From the NCBI GenBank assembly GCA_016180645.1, contig JACPAV010000022.1, positions 1-59,716 of the forward strand: a stretch of DNA of 59,716 nt. The letters run 5' to 3'. Of this stretch, positions 26,432 to 36,812 are shown piece by piece. How positions within the stretch are numbered: the first letter of the stretch is position 1; the number at the start of each line of letters is the position of its first letter. The notes below the pieces were generated by a model, which saw only the letters and a list, made by a program, of their open reading frames with translations, had not been told where the DNA came from and made no database searches. The position numbers and the translations under genes are program-made. This DNA is from Nitrospirota bacterium. GTDB taxonomy: Bacteria; JACPQY01.

Positions 26432-28006
26432 GTGGACTACGATTTCGCGATCGTCGGAAGCGGCTTCGGCGGGAGCGTCGCCGCGCTGCGCCTTGCGGAA
26501 AAAGGCTACTCCGTCGCCGTCATCGAACAGGGGCGCAACGTCGGCCCCGCCGAGATCGAGGCTGGGCGGACCCATCCCAGGAAACTTCTCTGGTCCCCCC
26601 GCTTCGGCCTTGATGGATACTTCTCGGTCAACCTCTTCCGCCATGTCGGCATTGTAGGCGGCGTAGGAGTGGGTGGCGGAAGCCTCGTGTACGCCGCGGT
26701 TCTCCTGGAACCGAAACCCGATTTCTTTCGAGATCCCGCCTGGAACGGCCTGGGCATCGATTGGCAGAAAGATCTCTCCCCACACTACGCCACCGCCAAG
26801 CGAATGCTCGGCCGGACGACCAATCCCCGTCTCGGCGAGATGGACGACTATCTGCGGCGAACGGCTCGATCCATGGGCGCGGAGGCATCGTTCGGACCTG
26901 TCCCGCTGGGCATCCATTTCGGCGAAGGGATCGAAGAAAGGCCGGATCCCTACTTCGGTGGAGAAGGCCCGCCCCGCAGACCCTGCCGCTTCTGCGGGGG
27001 GTGTATCTCAGGATGCCCCTACAACTCCAAGAACAGCCTCGACAAGAACTATCTTCATCTCGCACAGGCTCAGGGGGCGGTGATCATCCCCGAACGCAAA
27101 GTCATGTCGATCTCGCCCCGCGAGGGAGGCGGCTACTCCCTTGCGCTTGCAGGCCTCTCCCGTCACCATTCCACAGAATCACCGGTTGTGGCCCGCCAGG
27201 TCGTGCTCGCCGCCGGAGTCCTCGGCACACTCGAACTGCTCCTCCGGTCTCGGGACGAGCACCGGGCTCTGCCGAATCTCTCGGCCCAGCTCGGCACTGT
27301 GGTTCGAACGAACAGCGAAGCCATCGTTGGAATCCTCTCCAACGATCCCGACAAAGACCTCACCGAAGGCGTGACTGTATCGTCCCACTTCTTCCCGGAC
27401 GACCACACGCACATCACGCAGAACCGGTTCCCCCCCGAGGACAAGATGTCCCGATGGCAGATGGGGCCGATGGTGGACGACCCGGTCCCCTGGCGGCGGA
27501 GCCTGCGCACGCTGGCCCAGTTTGTGATCCACCCCAAGCGATCGACGATCGCGTGGCGGGCAACACACTACGGGCGTCGAGTCAGCGTCCTTACGGTCAT
27601 GCAGCACATGGACAACCAGATCGCGTTTCGGCTCGGCCGGTCCTGGATTCCGCCGTTCCGAAAGGGTCTCCGATCTCAGGGGGTGGAAGGCAAACGCGCA
27701 CCCTCCTACCTCCCCGTCGCCAATCGCGCGGCCCGATCGTTCGCCGAGCACGCAGGAGGCACACCCCTCAACGTTATTCTGGAGAATGTGGCGAATCTCT
27801 CCGTAACAGCGCATATTCTGGGGGGCTGCCACATGGGAAAATCGGTCGCCGACGGCGTAATCGACGCGTCGCACCAAGTGTTCGGCTATCCCGGTCTGTA
27901 CGTGGTGGATGGTTCCGCGGTTTCAGCCAACGTGGGGGTGAATCCCAGCCTCACCATCACGGCGATGGCCGAGCGTTGGGCCGGCCTCATCCCGCCCAAG
28001 TCCTGA
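26432..28006 (+). CDS. GMC oxidoreductase, cholesterol oxidase (ChoD)-like
   Basis: YDFAIVGSGFGGSVAALRLAEKG; GVGGGSLVYA; CRFCGGCISGC; KNSLDKNYL; TAHILGGC; ANVGVNPSLTITAMAER. Confidence 0.9.
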   Translation: MDYDFAIVGSGFGGSVAALRLAEKGYSVAVIEQGRNVGPAEIEAGRTHPRKLLWSPRFGLDGYFSVNLFRHVGIVGGVGVGGGSLVYAAVLLEPKPDFFRDPAWNGLGIDWQKDLSPHYATAKRMLGRTTNPRLGEMDDYLRRTARSMGAEASFGPVPLGIHFGEGIEERPDPYFGGEGPPRRPCRFCGGCISGCPYNSKNSLDKNYLHLAQAQGAVIIPERKVMSISPREGGGYSLALAGLSRHHSTESPVVARQVVLAAGVLGTLELLLRSRDEHRALPNLSAQLGTVVRTNSEAIVGILSNDPDKDLTEGVTVSSHFFPDDHTHITQNRFPPEDKMSRWQMGPMVDDPVPWRRSLRTLAQFVIHPKRSTIAWRATHYGRRVSVLTVMQHMDNQIAFRLGRSWIPPFRKGLRSQGVEGKRAPSYLPVANRAARSFAEHAGGTPLNVILENVANLSVTAHILGGCHMGKSVADGVIDASHQVFGYPGLYVVDGSAVSANVGVNPSLTITAMAERWAGLIPPKS

Positions 28007-28013
28007 GGCTGCC

Positions 28014-29390
28014 TTGATTCTGACGGAGGCCCTGCGCGCAAGACGGAGGGCGTCGTGGCCGCGACCGGCCCTCGATGCGTTCATTCAGAGGAAGGTTTCC
28101 GAAATTCTCGATTTCGCAAGAAGTCACTCACGCTATTACTCGCAACTCTACAAAGATGGGCCCCTGGGTGCGCCGTTGCATTCGTTGCCGTCGGTTCGCA
28201 AAAAGGACCTGATGGAGCACTTCGAAGAAGTGGTGACCGATTCCCGGGTTCGAGTGGAGGAAGTCCGGCGTTGGATTGCCGATCCAAAGCTGATCGGCCG
28301 CCTTTACCTCGACCGATACGTGGTGCTCAATACCTCCGGGACCACCGGTTCCGTCGGGATCTTCCTGTTCGACCACGCGAGTTGGACAACCATCCGCGCC
28401 GTGGCCTATGCCCGCGCGCCTCAGTCGCTCCCCAAAGCAGCCTTCTTCGCGCGGGCCTTCACGGGGGGAAACCGTATCGCCACGTTGTGCGCCACGCGGG
28501 GGCATTTTGCCCTCCGTACGATCTTCGATACGCGCCCCCCGTGGTGGGAAAAGCTCCTCGTCAGGCGCAAGGCGATTGAAATCACCGATCCCCTCCCCGC
28601 TCTCGTGCAACAACTCAATGATTTCCAACCCCACTATCTCAGCGGCTATTCCAGCATCCTCTCCGCGCTGGCCGCCGAGCAGGCCGAAGGCCGCTTGTCG
28701 ATCCAGCCGGAGGCGGTCGGCGGCGGCGCAGAACCTCTCACCTCTGAAATGAGACGCCGAATCGGGCAGGCCTTCGGAGCGCGGGTCTTCGACCTCTATG
28801 GGGCCACGGAAGCGATGGCCATCGCGGTGGAAGGAGACTGCGGGGCACTTCACCTCACCGAAGATTTCTGTGTGCTCGAGCCGGCAGACGCGGACGGAAA
28901 ACCCAGTCCCGAAGGCGAGTGGAGCGACAAGGTGTTCGTCACCAACTTCGCGAACCGCATCATGCCGATCATCCGCTACGAGCTGACCGATTCGGTCCGC
29001 GTGGTGCCCGGGGCCTGTTCCTGCGGGTCGCCGTTCAGGCGGATCGAGCTGCGGGGGAGAGCCGACGACACACTAACACTCAAAGGACCCGCCGGCATCG
29101 TCCGCGTGCCTCCCATCGCATTGATCGCGCTCCTCCTGGACGTCCCGGGAATCCGCCAATCGCAGATGGTCCAGGATTCTCCAACGCACATTCAAGTATT
29201 GATCGTCCCGGAGCCTTCAGCCGATTGGGGACGCCTCCAGAGCTCCCTCTCCACGATCCTCCGCCGGTACTTTTTGCAGTCGGGTGCCGGTGATGACCTC
29301 AGGCTGGACACGGTTCGTGCCGACACGATTGCCCGACTCCCCGGCGGCAAGATCCGGCAAGTCTGGAACCGCTCCAGTTCAGTTCTCTAA
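28014..29390 (+). CDS. Phenylacetate-CoA ligase (PaaK/CapK)-like adenylate-forming enzyme
   Basis: TSGTTG, YGATE, TNFANRIMPIIRYELTD, CSCG, GRADD. Confidence 0.85.
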   Translation: MILTEALRARRRASWPRPALDAFIQRKVSEILDFARSHSRYYSQLYKDGPLGAPLHSLPSVRKKDLMEHFEEVVTDSRVRVEEVRRWIADPKLIGRLYLDRYVVLNTSGTTGSVGIFLFDHASWTTIRAVAYARAPQSLPKAAFFARAFTGGNRIATLCATRGHFALRTIFDTRPPWWEKLLVRRKAIEITDPLPALVQQLNDFQPHYLSGYSSILSALAAEQAEGRLSIQPEAVGGGAEPLTSEMRRRIGQAFGARVFDLYGATEAMAIAVEGDCGALHLTEDFCVLEPADADGKPSPEGEWSDKVFVTNFANRIMPIIRYELTDSVRVVPGACSCGSPFRRIELRGRADDTLTLKGPAGIVRVPPIALIALLLDVPGIRQSQMVQDSPTHIQVLIVPEPSADWGRLQSSLSTILRRYFLQSGAGDDLRLDTVRADTIARLPGGKIRQVWNRSSSVL

Positions 29391-29553
29391 AACTCTCTGA
29401 TTCGCCTCATAAGGCGAACCCCGTTTGAGGCCCGAACGGGCTCCCGCTGCCAGGGCCAAATGCATCATGGTCCTCTAACGGGGCGAATAGGGTGAAGGCC
29501 CTATTCCCCTCAAGCCTTCTGGGGTATTATCCTACCGGGGGAGATTGGGGCTC

Positions 29554-31134
29554 ATGGGGGAGTCGTATCAGAATGACACAACCGTCGATGCCGACGTTAA
29601 GCCGGACAAAAGCGGTGTGCTTTTTCGCAATCTTGCCCGCCTGGCCGCCGATGCAATAATTCTTGCGAACGAGGACGGCGCGATTACCTTCTGGAATCAG
29701 GCCGCCGCCGCGATTTTCGGCTTCCAAGAAAACGAGATCATGGGCCGACCCCTCACGACCATCATGCCCGGACGCTATCGGGAACGCCATGTCCAAGGGC
29801 TGGCGCGCCACCGATCCACCGGCGAATCCCTCTACTTTGGCGCCGTACACGAATACCACGGCCTCCGGAAGGACGGTGCGGAATTCCCCGCTGAAATCGC
29901 CGTGTCCACTTGGCGCCACGACGGGGAAACCGTTTTCGCGGCCATTGTTCGAGACACCTCTCAAAGGAATGAGGCCGACCGGATCGCCCAGGAGAGCCGC
30001 GAGCGATACCGAAGCCTCGTCGATGCCTGCGCCGACGCGGTCTCCCTGATGGACCCCGCCTTCCGGATCCTGATCTGCAACGAGCAAAAGGTCCGGCTCT
30101 ATGGATACGACCACGCGGGCGAGATCATCGGCATGAACGCCCTTGACTTGGTCGCCCCCGCGGATCGCGCCGGCGCGAACAAGATCGCCGAGCAGCTCGC
30201 GAGGAACGGTTTGGTCCGCAACTGTGAACTCACGATGGTTCGCAAGAACGGCAGCGTCTTCCCCGCGGAGCTCAGCGCGTCCCAGGTGACAGGCGCCGAT
30301 GGCCGCCCCTCGGGGTTCACCGCGATCGTGCGGGATGTTTCGGATCGCAAGGCATCGGAGGACAGGCTTCGCGCCGGCGAACAGCACTACCAAAAGCTTT
30401 TCCATCAGTCGCGCGATATGGAGCGATCGATCCGCTCGCTCTCCCAGAGGGCCATCCACGCCCAGGAGGAAGAACGCCGGCGGATCAGCCGGGATCTGCA
30501 CGACGAAGTCGGCCAGTCCCTGACCGCCATTACGGTCCTCCTGGAGTCGTCGAAGAAATCCTGTCGGTGCCCCGCGGCATCCAAGAGGCATCTCCTGGAA
30601 GCGCAAGATCTCGTGGAACAGTCCGTGGGGAACCTGCGGCGCGTGTGCCACGAACTGCACCCGGACATCTTGGAGCACCTGGGGCTCATCCCCGCCCTCC
30701 GCTGGTATGCCAAGAAGTTTGCCGAGAGGACATCCATCAAAGTTCAGTTTCGTGTGACCGGTGACCCGGGGCGCCTGAACCATAAACAACGATTGATGGT
30801 CTACCGTATCGTGCAGGAGGGCCTCACCAACACGTTGAAACACGCGAGCGCCAAACACGTGACTATCGAAATGGGTGGACGACCCGGCACGATTACCCTG
30901 GCCATCCATGACGACGGGAAAGGGTTCAGTGTAGGCCGCGGACTCAATCCTGCCCGGGATCGCGAGGGGGTCGGCGGGCAGGGTCTTCTCGGAATCCAGG
31001 AACGGGTGCGTCTGGCAGGAGGGGGATTCGAGGTCCAGTCGGCGCGGGGCAAGGGGACAACGATTCGGGTGAACATCGCCGTTCCCATGGCGCAACCGAA
31101 GCGCAAACGGTTGTCAAAGAAGAAGCCGCCATGA
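29554..31134 (+). CDS. Cytoplasmic PAS-PAS sensor histidine kinase (HisKA_3, NarX/UhpB type)
   Basis: Two PAS/PAC domains (WNQAAAAIFG, RKDG.EFP; RKNGSVFP); EERRRISRDLHDEVGQ; QEGLTN..KHA; DDGKGF; GLLGIQER. Confidence 0.93.
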   Translation: MGESYQNDTTVDADVKPDKSGVLFRNLARLAADAIILANEDGAITFWNQAAAAIFGFQENEIMGRPLTTIMPGRYRERHVQGLARHRSTGESLYFGAVHEYHGLRKDGAEFPAEIAVSTWRHDGETVFAAIVRDTSQRNEADRIAQESRERYRSLVDACADAVSLMDPAFRILICNEQKVRLYGYDHAGEIIGMNALDLVAPADRAGANKIAEQLARNGLVRNCELTMVRKNGSVFPAELSASQVTGADGRPSGFTAIVRDVSDRKASEDRLRAGEQHYQKLFHQSRDMERSIRSLSQRAIHAQEEERRRISRDLHDEVGQSLTAITVLLESSKKSCRCPAASKRHLLEAQDLVEQSVGNLRRVCHELHPDILEHLGLIPALRWYAKKFAERTSIKVQFRVTGDPGRLNHKQRLMVYRIVQEGLTNTLKHASAKHVTIEMGGRPGTITLAIHDDGKGFSVGRGLNPARDREGVGGQGLLGIQERVRLAGGGFEVQSARGKGTTIRVNIAVPMAQPKRKRLSKKKPP

Positions 31135-31784
31135 AGCAAATCACGGTTCTTCTGGCGGACGATCACACCATTGTACGACAGGGCCTCCGCGCACTCCTCC
31201 AGGCCGAACCGGATATCGACGTGGTCGGCGAGGCCGAAGACGGCCGGAGTGCCTTCAGGAGGGTGCAAGAGATTCAACCGGACGTGGTGGTCATGGATAT
31301 CGCGATGCGCAAACTGGGCGGCATCGAGGCCGTTCGAAGAATACGGCGGCAGTCCCCCCGGATCAAGATCCTGATCCTATCCATGTATGCCGATGATGAA
31401 TACGTGCGACAGGCGACGGAGGCCGGGGCCTCCGGGTACCTCGTCAAGGGCTCGCCCGCCGCCGAACTCGTGACCGCGATTCGGGAAGTCGTCAAGGGAA
31501 ACGTTTTCTTCAGCCCGGCCATTTCGAGCCTCCTCGTGGAGGATCTGATCAACCATTCACACGAAGGCACGGATGATCCCACGCATCGGAAATTGACCCC
31601 CCGGGAGCGCGAGGTGCTCCAACTTATCGCGGAAGGTCTCAGCAACAAGGAGATCGCCAAGGAACTCTCGATCAGCGTGAAGACCGTGGAGAAGCACCGC
31701 CAGCGCATCATGGACAAGCTCAACATTCATTCGGTGGTTGGCCTCACAAGGCACGCGATCCAGGTGGGAATCATCCGCGTCTGA
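31131..31784 (+). CDS. NarL/FixJ (LuxR-HTH) response regulator
   Basis: LLADDHTIVRQGL, PDVVVMDIAM, LTPREREVLQLIAEGLSNKEIA; ATGA overlap with the kinase. Confidence 0.95.
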   Translation: MKQITVLLADDHTIVRQGLRALLQAEPDIDVVGEAEDGRSAFRRVQEIQPDVVVMDIAMRKLGGIEAVRRIRRQSPRIKILILSMYADDEYVRQATEAGASGYLVKGSPAAELVTAIREVVKGNVFFSPAISSLLVEDLINHSHEGTDDPTHRKLTPREREVLQLIAEGLSNKEIAKELSISVKTVEKHRQRIMDKLNIHSVVGLTRHAIQVGIIRV

Positions 31785-31931
31785 CTCCCACCAGGATCTG
31801 GGGTCTCTCCCCGGGCCTTCAGTGGGTATCTACCCTATTGCGGAACCGGTTCCCCTGATCTATGGAGAAGGTTAGGAGTCAAACCGGGGTCGCAGGGTCA
31901 GTTGAGGGATGTGAGGTGCGAAGTGGCAGAG

Positions 31932-32150
31932 ATGACGGGGCTGAGCAGTCATTCCGATTCCCATCCTCCCGTGCCGGGTCGTATCAGGAGTTCTCAGGGC
32001 GAACTTTTCCGATTGAGAGACGACGAATGGGTCTTCCGAGCGATGGTCCGCACGGCGTGGGTGGGATTCCTTGGTGAGATGGCCAACGGTCTGGAGAACA
32101 TGCGCGAGCGAGCGCACAGCGGCCACGAGATTTACCACTCGGACGAGTAG
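31932..32150 (+). CDS. Possible small hypothetical protein
   Basis: Short ORF filling the gap downstream of NarL-like boxes; no recognisable motif. Confidence 0.3.
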   Translation: MTGLSSHSDSHPPVPGRIRSSQGELFRLRDDEWVFRAMVRTAWVGFLGEMANGLENMRERAHSGHEIYHSDE

Positions 32151-32162
32151 CTCTCGCCTTTC

Positions 32163-33440
32163 CTACTGGAGCCTGAGCACCGGCCGGCGGGTGCTGGCTA
32201 GTTCTTCCAGGAGATCCGCCGCGCTCCGTGGGGCATCGTACCGTTTCATGCTCTCCGCCACCTGACCTGCGCGGTCCTTGTATCCGGGATTGCTCAACAC
32301 CTGCCGTATCGCTTCGGCCAGCTTTGTGGAGGTGAGTCCTTTGCGCCGGAGCACAATTCCCAAGCCCCTGTCCTGAACCCGCCGCGCGTTGTCCGGTTGG
32401 TCCCAGTTGAACGGCACCACCACCTGTGGGACGCCCGCGACGACTGCCCCAAGGGTGCTCGAGTTCCCACCATGATGGACGATCACGTCCACCTTCGGAA
32501 GAAGCTTGCTGTTAGGAACGAAGCGGCGCACATGCACATTCGGCGGAATCGCACCCAATTCCTCAGGCTGCCAAGCAAACCCGATGGTGACCACTCCCGA
32601 TCCAGGAATCGATCCCAAGGCATCGAGCCCCGTGCGAAAGAAGTCTTTTCGGATCTGGCTGACCGACGTACCCTGAGTAAAATAGACGACCGGCTTTCGC
32701 AAATCGTCGGGAACCGCTTCCCCATCAAGAAGGCCGTCCCACAACGAAGGACCGACCATGTGGAACTGCCCCGGCAGATCCGTGCGAGGAAACTCAAACT
32801 CGAAGCCCGTGTAGCAGATGCAGAGCCAGGGCGAGATGAAGCTCTCCAGCATCGCCCGCTTCTGGGACGGCAAGCCGAACTTCACTCTGGCGCGGTTGAG
32901 CTCCCGGTTCCACTTGCCCCCCATGGCGACGATGAGGTCCCAGAAACGACGATAGAAAAATCGGGTGGCTCCGTTCCTGGCCGGTCCCCAGCCCAGCGTC
33001 GGGGGGATGGCCTCCGGACCTGGGATGAAATTCATGAAGAGCACGAGCGATGCCCACGGGATGTTGTGTTTCTCGCAGGCCAAGGGAAGAACGGTCATCA
33101 TGTCGGTTGCAACGATATCGGGTTTCACCGCCGGCAGCATCGCATCCACCTCTTCGAGGATCCGATCCATCCACTTGAGGTAGATGCCTTCGACCATGAA
33201 CCGCGTCTGCTTCAGGCCGTCCAACCGTGTCATCTCAGGGTAGTTCCGGCCGATGCTGTCCTTGATGCCCATCACCGGCCCTGCGGTGACAAAGGGAAAG
33301 TTAAGGCCGCGCAATTGAGACTCGATCTCCGGATCGCCCGCATAGATCACTTCGTGGCCTCGTCGGCGCATTTCAAGAGCCAGTGGCACGGTCGGGGTGA
33401 AGTGCCCGGTGGCGCTGGTCACTCCGATCAAAAGGCGCAT
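32163..33440 (-). CDS. GT1 family glycosyltransferase (MGT/sterol glucosyltransferase-like)
   Basis: GHFTPTVPLALEMRRRGHEV; FVPNSKLLP..DVIVHHGG...AVVAGVPQVVVPFNWDQ PSPG-like box. Confidence 0.9.
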   Translation of the reverse strand: MRLLIGVTSATGHFTPTVPLALEMRRRGHEVIYAGDPEIESQLRGLNFPFVTAGPVMGIKDSIGRNYPEMTRLDGLKQTRFMVEGIYLKWMDRILEEVDAMLPAVKPDIVATDMMTVLPLACEKHNIPWASLVLFMNFIPGPEAIPPTLGWGPARNGATRFFYRRFWDLIVAMGGKWNRELNRARVKFGLPSQKRAMLESFISPWLCICYTGFEFEFPRTDLPGQFHMVGPSLWDGLLDGEAVPDDLRKPVVYFTQGTSVSQIRKDFFRTGLDALGSIPGSGVVTIGFAWQPEELGAIPPNVHVRRFVPNSKLLPKVDVIVHHGGNSSTLGAVVAGVPQVVVPFNWDQPDNARRVQDRGLGIVLRRKGLTSTKLAEAIRQVLSNPGYKDRAGQVAESMKRYDAPRSAADLLEELASTRRPVLRLQ

Positions 33441-33505
33441 GGGACGGCACGCTACCACCGCTCCGGGATGTCGAGCAAGCTTGACCCCAAGCCGATCCCC
33501 GGTGC

Positions 33506-33566
33506 ACCTAATCGGTGACAGTATACTCTATTGGATCGAATTAGAGTATACTGTCACCGATTAGGT
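33506..33566. repeat. GGTGACAGTATACT palindrome (copy 1)
   Basis: 25-bp perfect arms ACCTAATCGGTGACAGTATACTCTA with an 11-nt loop. Confidence 0.9.
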
Positions 33567-33630
33567 TGGGCGAACGGATCCGGCAAATCCGTTTGACAGG
33601 CCGAGTTCTCAGGCGGAGAATGCGGATTAC

Positions 33631-35340
33631 ATGATTGGGGGGAGTCGCCGGCATCGAGGGATCGACGTTCAAACATGGATCCGGTCTGCGCTCTTGCGGG
33701 CGCTCGTTTGCTTCATCGCATGCTTGTCGACTTCCTGCGGATCGTCCGAGAGCGAATCAACCGTCCCGGCGCCTTCGACCGGCGGGGCCGGAAGCCCCAC
33801 GCCATCCGACGGCACCCGCGGCGGCGTCCGCGGGGACGAAATCGGCTTGAGCGGCAAGATCGAAACGTCCTTCGACGCGAGCGGGTCCGCAGCCACCGCC
33901 GCCGGCCCCTCCCCGGAAGCCGCCGGAGCAACCGCCACCGTCATCCAGCCGCCTGCCCCGGAGTTCAAGATCGCCTCCGCCCGCGGGAGCAGCCTTTTCG
34001 TCTTCGTCATCAGCCCGGAGAGCGACAATATCATCCGGATCGAGGCCGATTCTCTTGGCGTCAGCACAATCCACGTCGAGGGCAAGCCCGAAGAAATCGA
34101 AGTCACGCCGGACAACAAAACCGCCGTCGTCCTCTCCCCCTCCGCAAATACGGTGTCCCTGATCGACGTAGAATCCGCGGCAGTCACCCCGATCAAAGTC
34201 CGCCCGGGCCTCAATCGCATGGTCCTCTCCCCCGGCGGACGGTTTGCCATCGCCTTCTTCGATTTCGCCAAAACCGGGGGCAAGATCGCCGTCTCCGGGA
34301 TCAAGACGTTCAACGAAATCTCCATCGTGGACGTGCAAAAGAAGTCCGTTTCGAGCATGGCCATCGGCTTCAATCCGAAAAGAATTACGTTCAGCAAGGA
34401 TTCGCAGCAGGCCTTCGCCATCACGGATTTCAATATCGCCATTGTCACCCTCGAAACATCGTCGGTCCGATCGGTGGACTTCAGCACGGACCCCCTCGTT
34501 ACGATTCAGCCCTTGCAGGTGGAAGTGAACTCGACCGGAACGTATGCGTTCATCCTCCCCCGGGACAAGAACCAGGTTCGCGCGATGGACCTCGCAACGG
34601 GAGCGGTCACCATCATCGTGCCGGAACCCAAACCGGCGGGCATCCGCCTCTCGCCCGATGACAGCATCGTCCTGGTGACCCACCCGACCACTCTCTCCAC
34701 CTTCTCCCAGATTGACGCTGCGCCACCGTTCACGTTGACCAAATTCGTTGTCCCCGGCCAGATCTCCATCGACACATTCGAATTTGCACCGGACGGGAAA
34801 AAGGCCGTCCTCTTCGGCCAGTCCACCAACACGGAGCTTCTCAGCGTTTACAACACCAAGGCCGGCACCTCGGAAACTTATCCCACGGTCAAACCCGTCC
34901 GGTCGGTACGCTTCTCGCCGAACTCGCGATACGCGGTGCTCACGACATCCGGCGGCGACGGAAAGCCCAACAGCGACATCGACGACTATTTCGATCGCGT
35001 TCCCGCCTTCATATCACTCGACCTGGACACGGTAGCCCAGAATGCGGTGCAGCTCGAATCCAATGTGCAGGACATATCCTTCGATACGGCAGGCCGTTTT
35101 GCCGAGATCTCGCTCACGGGGATCAAATCCGTCGTCGTGCTGAACCTGGAACGCCAAGTGGCCGACTCCGTCTTACTCCCGAATGTGCCGAAGATCATCG
35201 GAACCCTGCCAAACCGGGTGATGGGGTTCTCCGTCTTCGCGCATGAACTGGGGCAAGTCTCCTTCATCAATTTCGATTCGAGGGCCGTGCTCACCGTGAC
35301 GGGCTTCGAACTCAACTCCCGGATCAAGCCCATGCCGTGA
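33631..35340 (+). CDS. YncE-like beta-propeller lipoprotein
   Basis: Lipobox LSTSC; Ser/Gly/Pro linker; blades TPDNKTAVV, SPGGRFAIA, APDGKKAVL. Confidence 0.8.
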   Translation: MIGGSRRHRGIDVQTWIRSALLRALVCFIACLSTSCGSSESESTVPAPSTGGAGSPTPSDGTRGGVRGDEIGLSGKIETSFDASGSAATAAGPSPEAAGATATVIQPPAPEFKIASARGSSLFVFVISPESDNIIRIEADSLGVSTIHVEGKPEEIEVTPDNKTAVVLSPSANTVSLIDVESAAVTPIKVRPGLNRMVLSPGGRFAIAFFDFAKTGGKIAVSGIKTFNEISIVDVQKKSVSSMAIGFNPKRITFSKDSQQAFAITDFNIAIVTLETSSVRSVDFSTDPLVTIQPLQVEVNSTGTYAFILPRDKNQVRAMDLATGAVTIIVPEPKPAGIRLSPDDSIVLVTHPTTLSTFSQIDAAPPFTLTKFVVPGQISIDTFEFAPDGKKAVLFGQSTNTELLSVYNTKAGTSETYPTVKPVRSVRFSPNSRYAVLTTSGGDGKPNSDIDDYFDRVPAFISLDLDTVAQNAVQLESNVQDISFDTAGRFAEISLTGIKSVVVLNLERQVADSVLLPNVPKIIGTLPNRVMGFSVFAHELGQVSFINFDSRAVLTVTGFELNSRIKPMP

Positions 35341-36812
35341 AAAATACCGGGGCTCGGATCTACACCCACCTCGTTGCCGCCGCGCTGGTCGCTTCCTGTG
35401 GCTCGGCATCTTGGAACCCCACGCTGGGCCAGTTCAGCCTCACTCCGGCGGGCGGAGGCGCGCTCATTTCCAATACCGCCTGGGACCACGTCGTGTTTGC
35501 TTCACCGGAGCGCACCAGGAAGTTCCCGTTGTCCCTCAAAACACTCGGCTGGGTCAGTTTCAGCAGCCCGTCGACCCGATATGCCGCGTGGATTTCCCCC
35601 CACGCATCCACTCTCTATTTGTTTGACGCCGAGAGCCTGACCCTGACGGCCATTCCCTCCCGCCCGCTTCAAACCACCGCCGTGTTCTCACCCGATGAAC
35701 GTTGGGTGCTGGCCTATGTCGATCCCGTCCGCCTGCCGGCCGATATCACAATCGAGGGGGCGGTCGGTTTTGCCGATGTAACGCTGGTTCAACTTGAAAC
35801 CGGCGACCACCGCACGTTCAGCATCGGCGAAAATCCAAACCTCGTCACGTTCTCGCAGGATGGAAACTATTTTGTATTCGCCACCGCTTCACGGCTGGTT
35901 CGGTGGGACGTACACGAACTGGTCGAGCCGAACGAAATGACATCGGTCGACGTTCCCATCCGTCTGACCGCCTCCTCCGTCATCCTCCCCACGGCCATGG
36001 CCCTAAGCCCGGACAACCAGACCGGCTTTCTCGCCGTGAAAGGCCGTTCCGACCTCTTCATCATTGAATTCGACAAACCCAACGTGCGCATCGAATCGCT
36101 CGGCTCGGAGCCGTCAGGCATCTTTGTCGCGGTAGACCAAACATCGGCCCGGAAATTCGCCGTTATTCAGGACAAACCGGGATCGAACCGATGGTTCCGC
36201 TTGAATCTCGACTCCTTCGAGTTGGTCGGCTTCAATACGGCCGTCTTCCCCAAGACATTTCGATTTTCAGCGGACGGTACGTCCTTCCTGATCGTGCCTC
36301 CCGATTCGAACAGCGTCCTCTCACGCGTCACGATCAGAGATGGCACGGAAACCGTGGCCACGCTTGTCAAGAACATCACGGACGCGGCGATCTCCGCCAA
36401 CGGCGAGTTCGGCTTCGCCCTCCACAACCAGCAAGGCTCCGGCACGGGGGACACCCAGGGCGTCTGGAAATCGCGCCTGGCCGTGAGCATCATCAACTTC
36501 GATACGCCCACGCAAGTCGCCACGCCCCTCCTGGTTGAAAAAGCGACGACGTCGGCTTTCCTCACGCCGAGCGGTGGAGGCATCAGCCTGTTCCTCTCGG
36601 GTGTGCCGCGGGCCGTCCACCTCCCTTTCAACCCCGGCACGCCCACCACCCTGCAATTGCCCTTCGTTCCCGAGACGACCACCCGACTGCCGGACGGGCA
36701 ACTGGTGTTTCTCACAAGCGCGTCACCGGGCGCCGTCGGATTCGTCAACCCCGAAACCGGAGAGACTCGTGTCGTGCACGGGATCGAACTGGTTGGAGTC
36801 CTCGACCCATGA
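35337..36812 (+). CDS. Beta-propeller lipoprotein, paralog of the upstream gene
   Basis: Lipobox LVASC; FSPDERWVL, FSQDGNYF, LSPDNQTG; GTGA overlap. Confidence 0.78.
   Translation: MKNTGARIYTHLVAAALVASCGSASWNPTLGQFSLTPAGGGALISNTAWDHVVFASPERTRKFPLSLKTLGWVSFSSPSTRYAAWISPHASTLYLFDAESLTLTAIPSRPLQTTAVFSPDERWVLAYVDPVRLPADITIEGAVGFADVTLVQLETGDHRTFSIGENPNLVTFSQDGNYFVFATASRLVRWDVHELVEPNEMTSVDVPIRLTASSVILPTAMALSPDNQTGFLAVKGRSDLFIIEFDKPNVRIESLGSEPSGIFVAVDQTSARKFAVIQDKPGSNRWFRLNLDSFELVGFNTAVFPKTFRFSADGTSFLIVPPDSNSVLSRVTIRDGTETVATLVKNITDAAISANGEFGFALHNQQGSGTGDTQGVWKSRLAVSIINFDTPTQVATPLLVEKATTSAFLTPSGGGISLFLSGVPRAVHLPFNPGTPTTLQLPFVPETTTRLPDGQLVFLTSASPGAVGFVNPETGETRVVHGIELVGVLDP

Noticed and set aside
29527-31095. 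Long antisense or alternative-frame ORFs (also 50316-51965, 38655-40322, 26761-28017, 53131-54375, 21706-22854)
   Set aside because: These are shadow ORFs of well-supported genes in high-GC DNA and show no protein motifs.
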